The position numbers and the translations under genes were made by a program. Under the pieces are notes generated by a model that did no database searches, was not told the DNA's origin, and was given only the letters and a program-made list of their open reading frames with translations. A stretch of DNA of 64,000 nucleotides, from contig NC_068997.1 in the NCBI RefSeq assembly GCF_001194135.2, positions 1,557,556 through 1,621,555 of the forward strand, read 5' to 3'. The DNA is from Octopus bimaculoides (Eukaryota). Shown piece after piece: positions 39,801 to 52,831 of this stretch; the first letter of the stretch is position 1, and every line of letters begins with the position of its first letter.

Positions 39801-41003
39801 CATACATTTTACTCCCAGATTATTGGAATTCCATGCTGTGAATATCGTAATATCCAATCTGTTCTAAGTTACATGATATCGAAGTGACTCTGCCAGTCAT
39901 TTCAACATTCGCTCTCCTTCCATCGAAAGTTCGCATTTTGCTATTGATTATTAGCTGTATTTATGACGAATACATTGTTATGTTATATCTCTTGTCGAAA
40001 TCCTTATCCGAACTCCTCTCAAGAAATGCTTACCGTTTGATGAACAAATGAACAAGTGATTTTTATTTTTAATTTCTTATGGATTTCCTTTGATGTACAT
40101 CATAATTAGTTACAAGTTAGACTGACATAAACTACAATTCAGGACTAACACTGATTAATGTGATTCAGACGTTTGTCTTGTAAATACTCAGTTTTGAGAT
40201 TGATACAACTGGGCAGTACGCAAGGAACGCATCTACCAATACTCATGATAAAATTTTCATTCCCAATGCTAGCTAGCTCTTTTCCCTTCGAAAATTTTGA
40301 AGGCGTAACTGCTCTTCAAAAATGACTATCTTTCTTCTTTAAGACGAAATTTTGAGAGAAGTCTTACAAACGGCATTTTGGTATTTGCTCTATTGGTTCT
40401 AAGTTCAAATTTCGCAAAAGTCAACTTTACTCTGATTGTTTCAGAGCATATTCTTCTCTCTCTTTCTTTTTCATTTACAACGAATATTATTTGAAATACT
40501 TGTTCGTCGTAACATTAAAATCCTCCAAATGCCACATTAACATAGATGTTTAACCCTTTCTATGTAATAACATCATCCATTCAGAAATTACAGCGCCCTG
40601 TACCAATATGTATTGGCACTCCTTTTTCATTTACACTTCAATATTTCCACAGAATAGTCACTGATCTAGTGACAGTTCGTACAATATAATTTACACTTTT
40701 TCTCGCTCTCACTCACTAGAAAACATCGGCTGTTGAAGGGATTGGTTCTGTCTCACTTGAATGCCTAAAACACACTCTATATTACGATCACACTCCTACA
40801 AATCACCCAGGAATTTATGATCACGTAAGGAAGGAAGGATTCTCTTTTACATTTTCAAATATTTAAAAGTACAACCAGCGTATATTAGTTACATGAATTA
40901 AATCCTGATATGTTCTATATTAATAACAATAAAAAACAAGCATCTTACGAATTGTCATTAGAGCCGGGTTTATTCTGTGAAAACATTTTTGTTTCCTTTT
41001 TTT

Positions 41004-41198
41004 TTCTACTCTAGGCACAAGGCCAGAAATTTTGGGGGAGGGGGCCAATCGATTAGATCGAGCCCAGTACCCAACTGGTACTTAATTTATCGGTCCCGAA
41101 ATGATGAAAGGTAAAGTCGACGTCGACGGAATTTGAACGCAACGCAAAGACGGACGAAATGCCGTTCACCATTTTGCCCGTCGCATTAACGATTCTGT
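41004..41198 (-). mobile_element. SINE family B
   Basis: Family match. Confidence 0.87.
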
Positions 41199-41898
41199 GA
41201 AAATATTGGGAAGTAAATTAAAAAGGACTGCTAGCACACATCAACAGAGGGCGCTGTCATTTCTGAATGGATGATGTCATTGCATAAAAAGGATTAAATG
41301 TGTATATTAATGTGGCATTTTGAGTGATTGTAATGTTACGTGGAACAAGCAGTTCAAATAACAGTCGCTGAAATTAGCTGGAGCAGCAGTAGAATCAAAG
41401 AGTAGCGCGTTTGAAGAGAGGTGTGAAATAAAATCGGTAAGCTGCTTCATAGAAGAGGCTTAAAAAAAGAACACGAAGGGAAAAACAAAAGCAAGGGTGG
41501 AGAGGTGCGATATAGGGAGGAGAGTGATATAAATGAGCAGAAGAGAGAAAGAGAGAGAGAGAGGGGGGTGATAGGGGTAACAAAGAAGTTGAGTGAACGG
41601 GGAATTACAAAGGGTAGAAGTTGAGTGAGGTCAGAGGGATCGGCAGAAATGTGAGATGGGGATGATATAAAATTATTGCTTGGGTAAATGTATACACATG
41701 CATGGGTACGTACGTACATACATACATACATACATACATACTGTTTCTGTATAGTGTAAGTGCTGAAAGTTTGCAACATGTGTGTAAGTATATCCACTGA
41801 GAAGTATTGAGTTTTCTGTCTGTCCATCTGTCTGTCTGTCTGGCTGGCTGGCTGGCTGTGTGTCTGTCAGTCTGTCCATCTGTCTGTCTGTATGTATG

Positions 41899-41993
<95 letters not shown>

Positions 41994-42443
41994 ATATATC
42001 TGCCCATACATATATATCCCTAATGAGTATTGCCATGTCCACGCTTGGCCGAATCACTTTATTGTCATATTCACTCATATTTGATGTTCACATATTTTTA
42101 ATTGAAAGAAACAAGAGATGTTGCTTATTTATTCTGAAGCCGGGCACAACATATCGTATATTCTGGCATTTACCTAAGCTATCGGTTGGATTGTATGAAA
42201 TAATTAGATGAAATTCTATGTCTCATTTCCTGTGAAACATTAGATCCACGTCTAGTAAAACCACTTCTACTATTTCTCTGTGTATAAAAGGATTGTTGGG
42301 GAAGTTAGATATGGTGTGCTATTCGTCTTGTATTAAGTGTTTCATAGTGATGGAGATATTTTTTTATATTTGCATGTGTATACTTCTACAAGTCGATAAA
42401 GTGATTGGGGTGTTACGAATGAGGCTAGTATATGGAAAGCTAC

Positions 42444-42486
42444 ACTTCACTGAAGAGTTCTAAATAAAACGAAACATGCCTGAAGT
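42444..42486 (+). ncRNA. Minimal type-I hammerhead ribozyme motif, one substitution at U16.1
   Basis: ACUUCA-CUGAAGA-GUU(cuaaauaa)AAC-GAAA-CAUG-C-C-UGAAGU, with a 6-bp stem I and canonical core. Confidence 0.65.
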
Positions 42487-42852
42487 TATTGTGTGTACTT
42501 GCTAAAATCATTTAAAATTAGTATTACGCTTTGAGCACTTGTTCTCTTCTTACCTCTCCATTTTTTACAATACTCTTCTGTTGGTCACTATATATGCTTG
42601 TATGCTAGGCTGCGTTCCGCTTTCATTAAGGAAGATAAAATCAATGTCTTTGACATTATCAAACAATCTAATGAAGATGTTTTATTATTGTGATGCATAA
42701 ATTAATATTAGAAAATTTATCAAATGTGAAATCTTCATGAGTACCATTGATAATATAGCTATTACATCTTCTACCAACAATGTTTATGGTCGCTCTAAAT
42801 CACACTCACCCTCTTAACTATCTCCATGAAGTAGACACTCCATTTATCTTTA

Positions 42853-43036
42853 ATTGTTTCAGTAACTGGACTGCAGTCACACCGGGGCGCCGCCTTGAAA
42901 GATTTAGTTGAACAAATCAAGTTCAAAACTTTATTTTAGAATCTGGTACTTATTCTGTTGGTCACTTCTGTCGAACAGCTAGGTCACGTGGACGTAAACA
43001 CACCAATACCGGTTGTCAAGCAGTGGTGGGTAACAA

Positions 43037-43104
<68 letters not shown>

Positions 43105-43255
43105 GACGGGCTTTTCCATCTATCAGATTCACTCACAAGGCTTTGGTCGGTCCGAATCTATAGTAAAAACACTTGTCCAATATGTCACAGTGGGACTGAA
43201 CTAGGAACCATGTGGTTATGAAGCAAGCTTCTCACTACACAGCTCCACCTGCCTC
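42853..43255 (-). mobile_element. SINE family A, full length
   Basis: Both halves plus internal (CA)(TA) tract. Confidence 0.85.
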
Positions 43256-43339
43256 CGTGTGTGTGAGTGCGTGTATTAGTGCATAGTGTATTCTTTGGAA
43301 TGTTGTCTCCCTGTAAATATTTCAACGAAAGAATTTTTT

Positions 43340-43470
43340 CACTTTGCGTTTACCAAATCCCCACTCAATGATTGGCCCGAGGTGATAGTTGATGATACTA
43401 CTCAAGGTCTCAGGCAGTGGATCGGAACCTCCAAACAAGTGGTTACGAAGCAAAAATTTTACGACACACA
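43340..43470 (-). mobile_element. SINE family A, degraded 5' half
   Basis: accaaatcc..ggcccgagg..gatagt..gcagtgg..gaacc..gtggttacgaagc. Confidence 0.55.
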
Positions 43471-44289
43471 CATACGTGTTCCTGTGAAGTGTCTTCATCG
43501 TTTTGTCATAATTCTTTGATAATTCAAAATTATTTTACTTTGTTAAAGCAAAATAAAGTTTTTTGTTTCGTATATGACACATTTCTGGTGATAGCGAATA
43601 CCAGTAATTTGCTAGGATAGAGTATAGTAAATGCTACTCACTAGTAGACTTTCATATCCAAATGGAATACTGTTGAATAGAAGAAAAAAATAGAAGTTGA
43701 GAGGGAGGTTGACAGGAAGAGAGAGTGAGAGGCAGAGAAGATGAGAGAGAGGTTGCATGAGAGAGAATGGTTGCATGAGAGAGGCTGGAGGAGAAAGAGA
43801 GGAAAAAAAGAGGGAAGGTGAGAATGAGAGATTGATTGAAAGTTATGGGAATAAGGAGAGGAAACCTGAGAAAAAGAGAGAAAGTGATTAGGGAGAAAGA
43901 AAGAGGAGGTGAATGGGTAAAGCGAGAAAATGATTAAAGAGGAGAGAAACGGGGAAAGAACAGAGCGGGGTTCTGAAGTATTGAATAAAGCTTCACTTTA
44001 CGAGTGTGTGAGAATGTGTGTGTGTGTGCGTGGGTTTGTGTCTCTGTGCGTGGGTTTGTGTGTCTGTGCGTGGGGGTTTGTGTGTCTGTGCGTGGGTTTG
44101 TATGTGTGTGTATGTTTGTGCATGTGTGTGTGTGTGTATTATTGCGTTTTGTGCGTGTTGTCTCCGTATCTTTGTGTGTGTATGTCTATATGACTGAGTG
44201 TGCTTTGTTCGTGATTGCAAATATATTTCTTCCTGCGTGCGTGTGTGTGTGTGTGTGAGCGTGAGTGTGCATACGCATACTGAATGTGT

Positions 44290-44325
44290 GTTTCCGTGGC
44301 AAAGTTCAGAAATTTCCATGGTAAC
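44290..44325. promoter_or_regulatory. Two adjacent RFX X-box-like palindromic motifs
   Basis: GTTTCCGTGGCAAA (44290-44303) and ATTTCCATGGTAAC (44312-44325); each is one mismatch from GTTTCCRTGGYAAC. Confidence 0.45.
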
Positions 44326-44388
44326 AAAATTTGTTCTATTTTCAGCAGACAGAGAACGGTCTGATATTGAGCGATGGAACTCTATAAA

Positions 44389-44416
44389 ATGTCTTCAGAT
44401 AACCTGAACAATGAAA
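44389..44416 (+). CDS. Candidate first coding exon (MSSDNLNNE..., phase-1 end)
   Basis: AAAATG context, upstream in-frame stop, |gtaaat donor, and a ttctattttcag acceptor ending at 44345. Confidence 0.3.
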
Positions 44417-44557
44417 GTAAATTGACATCACTCGTGATTTGAAACTGTTTCACAAAATCTAGTTCCCGGTATTCAGTTTCTATCCTAGATCGGCGCAGCA
44501 ATTATTGACGCTGAAATAAATTCATTAAATTTTGGACAAAAGAGGATTTACTGAAAT

Positions 44558-44704
44558 CAGTCATGGGTAACTTGCGGCCCGCGGGACCATCTGAGAAGCA
44601 CACCAAAAGAAAAATTACCTTCAATAATTTTTAGTAGTGCAGTCCTCCTCATGGTGAACCTTGTCTCATGCTGCCCACTTCTCAAGAAAAGTTGCCCCTG
44701 CCTG
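44558..44704. mobile_element. hAT-family MITE
   Basis: TIRs cagtcatgggtaactt / aagttgcccctgcctg match at 13/16. 8-bp TSD actgaaat / acttaaat matches at 7/8. Confidence 0.8.
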
Positions 44705-45160
44705 ACTTAAATTAATGTTAAGTCTATAATTACATTCTGAGTAAGTTTTATACTGAAGTCCATGCAATGAATGAATGTTACAGGTAGATGGTGTGAAGAG
44801 AACGTTAGAGATTACATGTATGTGTGTGTAAAGGGAGGCAGAGAGAGAGAGAAAGAGAGAGAGAGGGAGAGAGAGGGAGAGAGAGATGGAAAGAGAGAGG
44901 TGGAAAAAGAGTCTTTGCTTGTGAGTGAGGTTCAGAACGATCGGATTTTCTCCATTTTAACATTTATTAGATGTAATCATTAAGTAAAACATTAATTATG
45001 AAACTGAGTTTATGAGGCTTCCAAAGGCAACTATGATGATGATGATGATGATAATGATGGTGATGATAATGATGATGATGAAGGAGTGTGAAAGAAGGGG
45101 TGGTACCCTTCAAATTTCACAAAGTATATATTTTTTGTACATTTCCTGAATTTCGATTGA

Positions 45161-45298
45161 CAAGACTTGTTGACATCTCTTGATGTCAATATAAAGGAGA
45201 TTGTGTACGTGGTCATCAATGATAGCCACCTGCAAATTTGGTCTAGTGATAGTGCACAAATGAAAGAGGCCAGTGCTTTCAAATACCGTTGCTCTTAG
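45161..45298 (+). mobile_element. LINE RT fragment (late RT motifs)
   Basis: SLDVNIKEIVYVVINDSHLQIWSSDSAQMKEASAFKYRCS resembles L.IN..KT....V..FKYLGS. Confidence 0.6.
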
Positions 45299-46689
45299 TG
45301 TTTCAATTTACATTTGTGTCAAGGATATAAAAATGTCCTGATACACGTTCAAGTATGAATCTAACTTAACTTTGTATTTCGCTTTTTCTACTTGCCAGAA
45401 ATAATCAGTGCCGCTGTGTGTTATGTAGCCTCATAAGAGTGAGTGAATTCATTCATTTATACATGCATACATACATACATACCCACATACATGCATATGC
45501 GTATATTTGTACATACATGGGCATGTGCATATACACGTTTGTATATATATATATAGATATATGTATNNNNNNNNNNNNNNNNNNNNNNNNNNNNNNNNNN
45601 NNNNNNNNNNNNNNNNNNNNNNNNNNNNNNNNNNNNNNNNNNNNNNNNNNNNNNNNNNNNNNNNNNNNNNNNNNNNNNNNNNNNNNNNNNNNNNNNNNNN
45701 NNNNNNNNNNNNNNNNNNNNNNNNNNNNNNNNNNNNNNNNNNNNNNNNNNNNNNNNNNNNNNNNNNNNNNNNNNNNNNNNNNNNNNNNNNNNNNNNNNNN
45801 NNNNNNNNNNNNNNNNNNNNNNNNNNNNNNNNNNNNNNNNNNNNNNNNNNNNNNNNNNNNNNNNNNNNNNNNNNNTATATATATATATATGTGTGTGTGT
45901 GGGGGGTATAAATAATACAAAATGGGACAAGAACGCAAAACATCCAGACAGTTAGGTGATACAAGAAAGGGACAAACCATTCAGATAGACGATACAAAGA
46001 AAAGAAAGACAGGTCATTCGGAGTTTTCTCTCTTCAGTCGAGATCCAGAATATCCTTTGAATTTCGGCTGGTTATTCTCGATATTGCTCCAATATATATG
46101 CATGCTAGTATATATATGTACGTGTGTGTGTACGTGTGTGTATCTGTCTGTGTGCCTATGTGTGCATGCTTTCTTATGTGTTTGTGTATAGAATTGTATG
46201 TTTGACAAGTGACTTGTTCCAAAACAGTTTGCTGATACTGGAGAGAGAGAGAGAGAGACAGCAAAAAAGTGGTTCCACGTTTAGATCCTATTTCGTGATA
46301 TATTGAGCAAGTGCCATCTACTGTACCTTCGCGGATACCGTTTCCTTGGAAAAAGATTAAGGGTGATGGCAAATGTGCGAAAGCATTATAAACGTAAGTG
46401 TACGAGTGCTTCGTATGTCTTTTTGGGTGTGCAGTGTAGTGTGTTGCTGGTCTATATAACCTGTTCATAATTCATATCTTTGATCGATTAATATCAGCAT
46501 AGAACCGACAGCGACGGATCTAAAACATCTGCTTTCTGACTCCCTGGGATGGCGTTAGACCAGTCATAGGCAAACTTAGGCCTATCGAAATGGCACGCCA
46601 AATTTCATGAGTGAAATAGCGAACACACACACGCACATGCATACACCCTAGCAAGGCTTTACTATCATTCGACGCATCAGCTACTGTCT

Positions 46690-46860
46690 GGGAGAGCTCT
46701 CGGGGCAGGCCCCGCACCAGATGGCTGGAAGTGATTGAGGAAAGATCTCCAGTAGCTCAATGTCACCTTGGGGGATGCAGAGGCGTTGGCACGGGACCTC
46801 CAGCAATGATGAGAACTGGTGGACCTAGCCAGTTCTATGCATGGGCTCTGGGACCACTAA
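46690..46860 (+). mobile_element. RTE-clade LINE C-terminal fragment
   Basis: RGRPRTRWLEVIE..DLQ*LNVTLGDAEALARD. Confidence 0.75.
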
Positions 46861-47194
46861 CCTAGGATGACCACCACCCTCATCAAGCAAAAGCATGAAG
46901 CAAGCAGCCAACAGTCTTCTAGAAAAAAAAGCTGTCCGTGTCTGAGTTACACTCTCCCAAATCACACTTGTCATTCGAAAGTCAGTGAACCAAGTAACTG
47001 ATTGTCTGTTAGAAAATTCTTTTGTTCACAAATTCCGATGTAAAATAATTACAATATAATTATTAAAAAAGTTGATGTGAGCGTATGAACTTGTGTGCTT
47101 ATGACTATTGATAATTTGTGTGCTTAGCTGGAGCTGAAAATATATCGTTGAGATGAGAACTAGAGAAGTTACCAGACAAAAGGCAATAAAACAA

Positions 47195-47266
<72 letters not shown>

Positions 47267-47624
47267 GTGTATGTATTCCAAGAGATCATAGAGAAGTGCA
47301 TCAATATTTCTTTTATTCAAGAGTTGTTGATAGAACTTACCCTAATCAGCCAGATTATGTAATCACTGCCATCTATATTTTACTTTCGATCTATATTTTA
47401 TTTTCGCTCTATTTCTTACTCTCTCCTCTTACAATTTCGTTCCTCATAACGTAAAGATAATTTTTCAGATAAAATTATTGATTTCCTGCAGAAATCTCCT
47501 TCAGTCAAAATGTTTGGCTCATATTGCAAACTTAAGATACGTTCATGTTAACTGCTAAGTTAATAAGTACAGATTATTTTTGTTCCTCATGTTAACCGAT
47601 AATTAGTGCACCATAATTATTGTG

Positions 47625-47732
47625 ATTCAAATCTCGCTGAGGTCAACTTTGACTCTCATCCCTCAGGGGTTGATGAAATAAAGTAGCAATCAAGTAATGG
47701 GCTCTCTTTCGTCAAAATTGCCGGCCTTGCGC

Positions 47733-47781
<49 letters not shown>

Positions 47782-48049
47782 GTTATTGTTGTTGTTGTTG
47801 TTGTTCTTGTTGTTGTTGTTTTGTTGTTGTTTTTGTTGTTGTTGCTTTTGTTGTTAAAGGCGATGAACTAGCAGAATCCTCAGCGGCATTTCGTCCGTCT
47901 TTACGTTCTGAGTTCAAATTCCGCTGAGGTCGACTTTACTTTTCATCCTTTCGGAGTCGATAAAATAAGTACCAGCTTAACACTGGGGTCGATGTAATCG
48001 ACTTACACCCTTCTCCAAAATTTCTGGCATTGTGCCAAAATTTGAAACC
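47625..48049 (+). mobile_element. Two tandem SINE family B copies (47625-47733 partial, 47856-48049) separated by (ATT)n(GTT)n
   Basis: Family match. Confidence 0.85.
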
Positions 48050-49462
48050 ATTATTATCGTTGTTAGGATCGAACGTTTGTTATGTAGACTTTTGTTAGAA
48101 TATCATAACCGTTTGGCTTTGCCATAGACTTTGTTCTGTTGTTTCTTCTGTTAATCGTTTCCACTTTTGTGTAAATTATGTGTAGTATCTCTCGTGTTAT
48201 TGGGTGGTGAATGTGTTTCCTATGTGTTCTTGGATTAGTATTATGTGTGTCACTAGGAGCTTGTCATTTTGTAGAGGATATGACGGTGTGTATATGGCTG
48301 TGTATATAGTTGTGCTGAATGTGGTTGATGTGAGTTTTTAGTGTCATTGTGTCGTTAAAAGAATGTGTTGTGTTATTTTATTGGATGTTGATCGTGTACG
48401 GGATGTACGATGTTATTTTATTGACTGATAGAAATGAGTATGTGAGGTGTGAAATATGTAATTTTTATTGGGTGTTTATTGTGTAGAGTTAAGTGTTGTG
48501 TACAGAGAATGAATTGTGTTTTGTTATTAAACTGAAAGTGATACGGATTATTACAGAGGTGGTGGGTTTAGTGATAATAATGGTACTGATTGTGGCAATG
48601 CTTTTTGTAATAATGGTGGTGATGTTGTAGGCGGTGGTGTTGTTGACGGTGATGTTGTTGGTGGGGATGTTGTCGGTGGTTATAGTGGTAGTGGTGGTCA
48701 AGGCGGTGGCAATAATAGGATGGTAGAGATAAAATAAGTTATCTATTCTCAACAATGTCTTTGAAATCAAATCAAACCTAAACAAGTGAGATGGAATCAA
48801 TAAGAAAACGATAAAACTTTTCTCAAGTTTCTCTTTAAAACATCAAGTGGAATTATGTAACAATCCATTCTCTCTCGCAGACTCTCAACAGATTATACGA
48901 TAAATCTGCCAATATCTTTTGGCTACTCAGCTCACTTATCTCTAATCTAAATTAGCTGCATCGACTATATTTTATCCGCAAAATTGTGCCTCTGTTTATA
49001 GCGATTCCACTAGTATTTACACATTGAATCTGTCAATTCTTCTAGGGAAATTTATAAAGAATAGTTGACATTTTATTAATATAGCGATATAGACAGATAG
49101 AGTTAGTGTAAATTTGGACAATTGTCATCAGGAAAAGAGCACTTGAAAACTGATATTAACCGTTGGCTTGCTTGTTTTAGATTTCTCTTGAAATAAAGCT
49201 CTGTAGCGTTGAAAATGGCAACATTGTTCAACTCGCCAGACTGAGCAAGAGAGGGAGAGAGAGAGAAAGAGAGTGAAAGAGAGAGATAGATAATACGTTG
49301 TTTGATATGTCTAATACGCGACTCTTCATTATCTACATTTATTTTCGATGAGAGGAAGACAAAAACGTACAATTAACACGGAAAAGAATATAAAACTATC
49401 ACGAATCATAACCCGAGTTCTATTTTGGCTGGAAAGAAAATGGATTCTTTCGCTTGATTTAG

Positions 49463-49548
49463 CTACAATGTTCCGGCTGTGTTTACTCAACTTTATTTCA
49501 AATGTTATGGCATATTGCGAGAGATTTTTACATTTACTTCACAAGGAG
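49463..49548 (+). other. Candidate 86-nt exon (phase 1 to 0; TMFRLCLLNFISNVMAYCERFLHLLHKE)
   Basis: cgcttgatttag| acceptor and a weak GAG|gtatct donor. Phases link 44416 to 55831. Confidence 0.15.
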
Positions 49549-50020
49549 GTATCTCTATCATAGTCGCAATAATATCACTAGCACTGTAAAACTATGTATA
49601 ATATGATTATATACATATATAAATTCGTATACAAACATACATACATATACATACATACATACGTATATACGTACATACGTACATACATACATACATACAT
49701 ACATGCACTCACATACACACACATATATAATTGACTCCTGTCGAGAACGATGCATGTGTGATATGTAACACAGGCTAAAATATAGTTCATAAAAGCTGAT
49801 AAAAACTAATTGGAATTAGATTTGATAAAAGTTGATAAAATATGGTAAATGTGACAGAAACTGGTTAAACATAATAAAGCTAATATGAGCAAATTCTGTT
49901 AAATTATGATGGCTGATACACTTTCTTCTGAAGCGCAACGTTATGTCTTGATATGCTAGTGTGGTTACGCGGACTACATTTCAGTTCTTGTGTACCGTTG
50001 TTCCCTGTCTTTTTAATATT

Positions 50021-50220
50021 GATTTCAAATTTTGGCACAAGGCCAGTAAGTTCGGGGAAATGGAGTAAGTTGATTACATCGATAGGTATTTGTTTTATCG
50101 ACTGCGACATGATGAACGGTAAAGTCAATGCTGGTAGAATTTGAACTCAGACCGTAAAGACGGATGACATGCCGTCAAGCATTTTACCCGGTATGATAAT
50201 GTCTCTGCCAGCTTGTCACT
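50021..50220 (-). mobile_element. SINE family B
   Basis: Family match. Confidence 0.85.
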
Positions 50221-50360
50221 TTCCGTATTTATACTTGGCAAGGTTATCTCTACAGATATTCTTTAGAAACTATAGCCAGCACTGATTCTTGTTACGACTT
50301 TTCGCATCCGAGATGTCAGATATAAACAAACAATGAGATTGAAGATGAAAAAAGGGTAAT

Positions 50361-50407
50361 GGGCGCATATGCCATATTTCGGGAGTTTTGCTCCTTCATC
50401 AGCACCC
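50361..50407 (-). ncRNA. Minimal type-I hammerhead ribozyme motif, non-cleavable triplet
   Basis: GGGUG-CUGAUGA-AGGAG(caaaa)CUCCC-GAA-AUAUG(g)CAUAU-G-CGCCC. Confidence 0.6.
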
Positions 50408-50529
50408 TTCTAACCCCTTGTTCATCCACGAACATATTGCTTAAAGAACCACTAAATACAGCGGTGTAACCTTATTGGATATACCGATTTTACATATTAA
50501 AAATAAGTACGGTCTTACGTTTTAATATT

Positions 50530-50686
50530 GATTTCAAATTTTAGCATAAGGATAGCAATTTCGAAAGAAAGGGTAAGTCGACCCCAGTATTCAGCTGGTA
50601 CTTATTTTATTGACCATGAAAGGATGAAGGACAAAATCGACCTCGGCGGAGTTTGAACCCAGAACGTGTAGACGGACGAAATGCCA
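50530..50686 (-). mobile_element. SINE family B, partial
   Basis: Family match. Confidence 0.82.
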
Positions 50687-51166
50687 TTATGAATTAAGAA
50701 TAAAACCGTGGATGGATGTGCAGTAGAGCTGACACAACTGATACTCATATTCATATCGCATGGGTTATATGGAAAAGGTTTTTGCTTGAGACTGGACCAA
50801 GTACTTATTTTCTTTTCCTGAAACTGTGAGCATTCATTTTGCCAAACTTGATTAATGAGTGGAACGTGTCCTCAAGTTTGTCGGTAAAAGCCCAATTTCT
50901 TTCCTTAATCTTGTCTTTGTTGCACAGCAGGATATTTGGACGTGATGGGGCCGTTTGGAAGTCGGTTCAGACAAATATGAAATGAGACTTTTTGTTTTTT
51001 GCGTAAGGGATTTTAGCTTAGAACGTGTAAGCTTCCTTTTCTCAGACATCTTTTAATGACATGCAGCAGACATTCTGATTTCAGCCACATCTCCTTATTA
51101 ATCGATAATTAACTGTAACACACATTCAAACACACACACGCACATACGCACTACATAGACCCACAT

Positions 51167-51207
<41 letters not shown>

Positions 51208-51375
51208 AGCACATACACATACATGCATACATACATACATACTTACACACATATAATACACATATAATACACATATAATACACACATATAAAAACATACG
51301 AGCGGCATTAGAATACTATACAAACACACACATGCACACATACATGTACACACACACACACACACACACATAGAT

Positions 51376-51467
<92 letters not shown>

Positions 51468-52310
51468 CACAACGCAACACAACACAACACAACACAGTAC
51501 GATGGAATATATTTAAATATATTGTCCATCTGCAATAATATTTCAGGACTCAAAAACTCTTTGTCTAGGGTCCTAGATAATCATCAAACGATAAAAAAAC
51601 TTATACAGTTAGGCTAATATAAACGACACATAAGAATGGTTTCTTTTTTAAGAGTTTCCTGCATTGCATAAGTGTATGAAGATGTAAAGGCAATGATTCT
51701 TACATTTCAATATTTATAGCGTGGATGAATATATTCCTAGGATTAGTCGTAACTTACGAAGATGAAACACAAAAAATATAACTAAGCGAGGAGACTTTTT
51801 AGATACTTTGAGGAAACGAAGAGGAAAATTATGAGTTACTGAAGTTCTTTCACTTTCAGTTTATTAGTCGCAAATGTTTATAATATTTCAGCATGGCGTT
51901 CATCTTCCCAAGGCATTTTACTTAATGTTGAGTGCAGTAGCATATTATTTCAAATCGCAGCGTGTTGTGCCATTGAAAATCTTCACAAATATCTATTATA
52001 CAATAAATGAAAGCGACATGGTGTGAACAAAGCCCTGAAATCTTGTTAAACACTCGTCAGTTATACGGTTTTCCTATTGTTGACAATGATGTTTAAACCA
52101 TTTATATTTCCTATAATTTTAAACTTCGGTAAACCAGAACACTTGAAATTTGCATGTCGTCACCTTGTGCCAGAAAAGTAGGTTCTGCCTCATATTTGAT
52201 CAGGAAGAACGTATGGTCAGATCACTCTGAAATCAGAACCAGCAATCTTATATTTAAAATGCACAAGTTGCATAATCAAGGCCTATGCTTGGAAAAGAAT
52301 GTGATGGTCA

Positions 52311-52359
52311 CGGTTGTAACGCAGGTTGTAACACGGTTGTAACACGGTTGTAACACAGG
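52311..52359. repeat. Short tandem repeat of ggttgtaac(a/g)c, 4 copies
   Basis: 11-12-bp unit read directly. Confidence 0.9.
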
Positions 52360-52785
52360 TGGCCATAGCTACGCTTCATCGAGAGTGACTTAGACACTGT
52401 ATAAACGATAACAGCGACAACAACAAATCATCTTGAAAATTGACAAAACAGAAGTGTTGCGGGGATACGAACGGAAGTTCTTTCAACCTGGCCACACGAC
52501 GCCATTTTACAACTTTATCGGCTGCACTCGTTCTACAACTATGCATAAGCACTCGAATATTATTTTCTCTTTCAAAAGAATTACTTCATAAGTATATGGA
52601 TTCAAAGATTCTATTGAATCAGTTTGCCGAGCCATTCAATGTTCCACCCACGTTAGAGTCATATTTATCCGGAAAACTCTACGTCCTCGCTTACAACGTG
52701 AATGTTTGTTAAAGATATAATTGAATAAATGAATGAATCGTATCGATGTCTAGTTTAGAGCTTGCAGAAGGAATTTTCTTTGAGA

Positions 52786-52831
<46 letters not shown>

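Noticed and set aside
40550-40562. TTAACCCTTT piggyBac-like end; also a lone hAT TIR at 46561
   Set aside because: No matching opposite terminus or TSD was found.
46000-46040. Minus-strand CUGAAGA-GAG(aaaa)CUC-C-GAAU..GUC
   Set aside because: GAAA is broken, there are extra bases and stem I is only 2 bp. The same bases also look like a + strand acceptor, whose downstream frames had no convincing donor.
48530-48740. Gly/Val-rich reading frame (GGGFSDNNG...GGYSGSGGQGGG)
   Set aside because: Decayed GGT/GTT trinucleotide sequence with no start codon or splice context.
52169-52231. Minus-strand AG..GT-bounded 63-nt segment
   Set aside because: Stops in all three frames.
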